Assembly: GCA_963777605.1 (NCBI GenBank)
Contig: CAVZRV010000007.1
Coordinates: 1,056,001 to 1,120,000 of the forward strand
Length of the DNA: 64,000 bases
Direction of reading: 5' to 3'
Source: an uncultured Acidobacteriota bacterium
GTDB lineage: Bacteria; Acidobacteriota; UBA6911; RPQK01; JAPXNP01
Positions 63,501 to 64,000 of the stretch are shown in pieces. The notes beneath the pieces are model-generated. The model ran no database searches. It was not told the origin of the DNA and saw only the letters and a list, made by a program, of their open reading frames with translations. The number at the start of each line of letters is the position of its first letter. Position 1 is the first letter of the stretch. The translations under genes were made by a program, and so were the position numbers.

Positions 63501-64000
63501 CTGCAGGCGCGTGGGGTTGCCGCTCTCTACCCGGCCAACTCAGTCGGAGACGATGTCGAGATCTACCGGGATGAGAAACGTCGCGGAATCCTGGGAGTGT
63601 TTCACTTCCTCCGCCAGCAGACTCGCAAGGGCGAGGGACGGCCCAATCGCTGTCTGGCCGACTTCATCGCTCCCCGCGACTCGGGAAAGATTGATTTTCT
63701 GGGCTTCTTCGCAGTGACGGCGGGACACGGCATTGACCAGGTCGTCGCCGGGTTCGAGTCGGAGTATGACGACTACGGAGCAATCATGGCAAAGGCGCTG
63801 GCGGACCGTTTGGCGGAAGCATTTGCCGAGCGCCTTCATGAACTCGTGCGGCACGAAGTCTGGGGCTATGCCCCGGAGGAAGGGTTGGAAAGCCAGGACT
63901 TGATTCGGGAACGTTACCGGGGAATCCGGCCTGCGCCCGGCTACCCGGCGTGCCCCGATCACACCGAAAAGGGTCCCCTGTTCCGCCTGCTCGACGCCCC
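60525..64000 (+). CDS. metH: Cobalamin-dependent methionine synthase (runs off window end)
   Basis: [51 protein letters not shown]. Confidence 0.97.
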   Translation, partial: MTDRERLLRQQLGQRILVLDGAMGTMIQSYRLGEAEYRGTRFAEHAVDLKGNNDLLSLTQPRVIREIHDKYLAAGADIIETNTFNGTAISQSDYRLEALAYEINLAAAQLAREAADACTAQDPNRPRFVAGALGPTNRTASISPDVNDPGARNITFRELVEAYQEAARGLADGGADLLMIETIFDTLNAKAAIFAVESCFEETGVRLPVIISGTITDASGRTLSGQTTEAFWNSIRHARPLAAGLNCALGAGELRPYIQEFSRIADVNISVYPNAGLPNEFGGYDQSPDQMARHLEEFARAGFVNLVGGCCGTTPDHIRAIHDRVSTIPPRTVPRIEPRCRLSGLEPLNIGPDTMFVNIGERTNVTGSRKFARLIKEEDYEVALDVARQQVENGAQMIDVNMDEGMLDSKAAMVRFLNLISSEPDICRVPVMLDSSRWEVIEAGLRCLQGRSVVNSISLKEGEEEFLRHARLALKYGAAVIVMAFDETGQADTRDRRIEVCRRAYQLLTERIGFPAEDIIFDPNIFAVATGIEEHQNYAVDFLEATREIKRALPHARISGGLSNLSFSFRGNDPVREAMHSVFLYHAIQAGLDMAIVNAGQLAVYEDIEPVLRERVEDAILNRRPDATERLLEIAANYSVREKKEEEEQEWRSRPVGERLTYALVHGNPDFIEADTEQARKEFDRAIQVIEGPLMDGMNVVGDLFGAGKMFLPQVVKSARVMKRAVAYLIPFVEAEQSETGVHKSKGKILLATVKGDVHDIGKNIVGVVLRCNNYDVIDLGVMVPASRILEAARREQADIIGLSGLITPSLDEMCTVASEMERQGFQIPLLIGGATTSLAHTAVKIAPNYSGPAVYVTDASRGVTAASSLLGENPQAFIQKTATDYEELRRRHAGRTRSTEFVSLDEARANRIDLDWESYVPPAPAHIGVREWDDFPLAELARYVDWSPFFKTWELQGKYPAILEDPVVGQEASTVLADARALLDRMIRERLLQARGVAALYPANSVGDDVEIYRDEKRRGILGVFHFLRQQTRKGEGRPNRCLADFIAPRDSGKIDFLGFFAVTAGHGIDQVVAGFESEYDDYGAIMAKALADRLAEAFAERLHELVRHEVWGYAPEEGLESQDLIRERYRGIRPAPGYPACPDHTEKGPLFRLLDA

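Overview
GC-rich bacterial chromosome segment, most likely Acidobacteriota (inferred from the ADOP-type permease, SBBP surface protein and gene content). Housekeeping genes: RND efflux pair, Glu dehydrogenase, queA, hpt, RNase E/G, mtaB, rlmN, purB, pncB, two M20 peptidases, a ROK/PIG-L pair, a COG2403 (arginine synthetase-like) enzyme, a ClpX-like ATPase, a PpiD-like chaperone, tRNA-Ala(GGC), an S9 peptidase, a Gfo/Idh/MocA oxidoreductase and 5'-partial metH. After tRNA-Ala lies a ~14 kb mosaic accessory region: GH78, a GH2 stub, a sigma54 two-component system with a heavily frameshifted ABC exporter, an AT-rich VOC gene with integron-cassette-like ends, a tRNA-Leu-like remnant, and DUF2254/PPK2. 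Three sigma54 promoters can be read from the sequence. Best candidates for undescribed biology: (i) a sigma54 operon encoding a membrane-anchored, lipoyl-lysine-less GcvH-like protein with a HybA/HybB-like redox pair and no catalytic subunit; (ii) a sigma54-promoter-driven, catalytically degenerate enhancer-binding protein heading a large surface-protein gene, near an orphan intact activator. All family calls come from motif recognition by eye, with no database searches. Several frameshifts may be sequencing errors.
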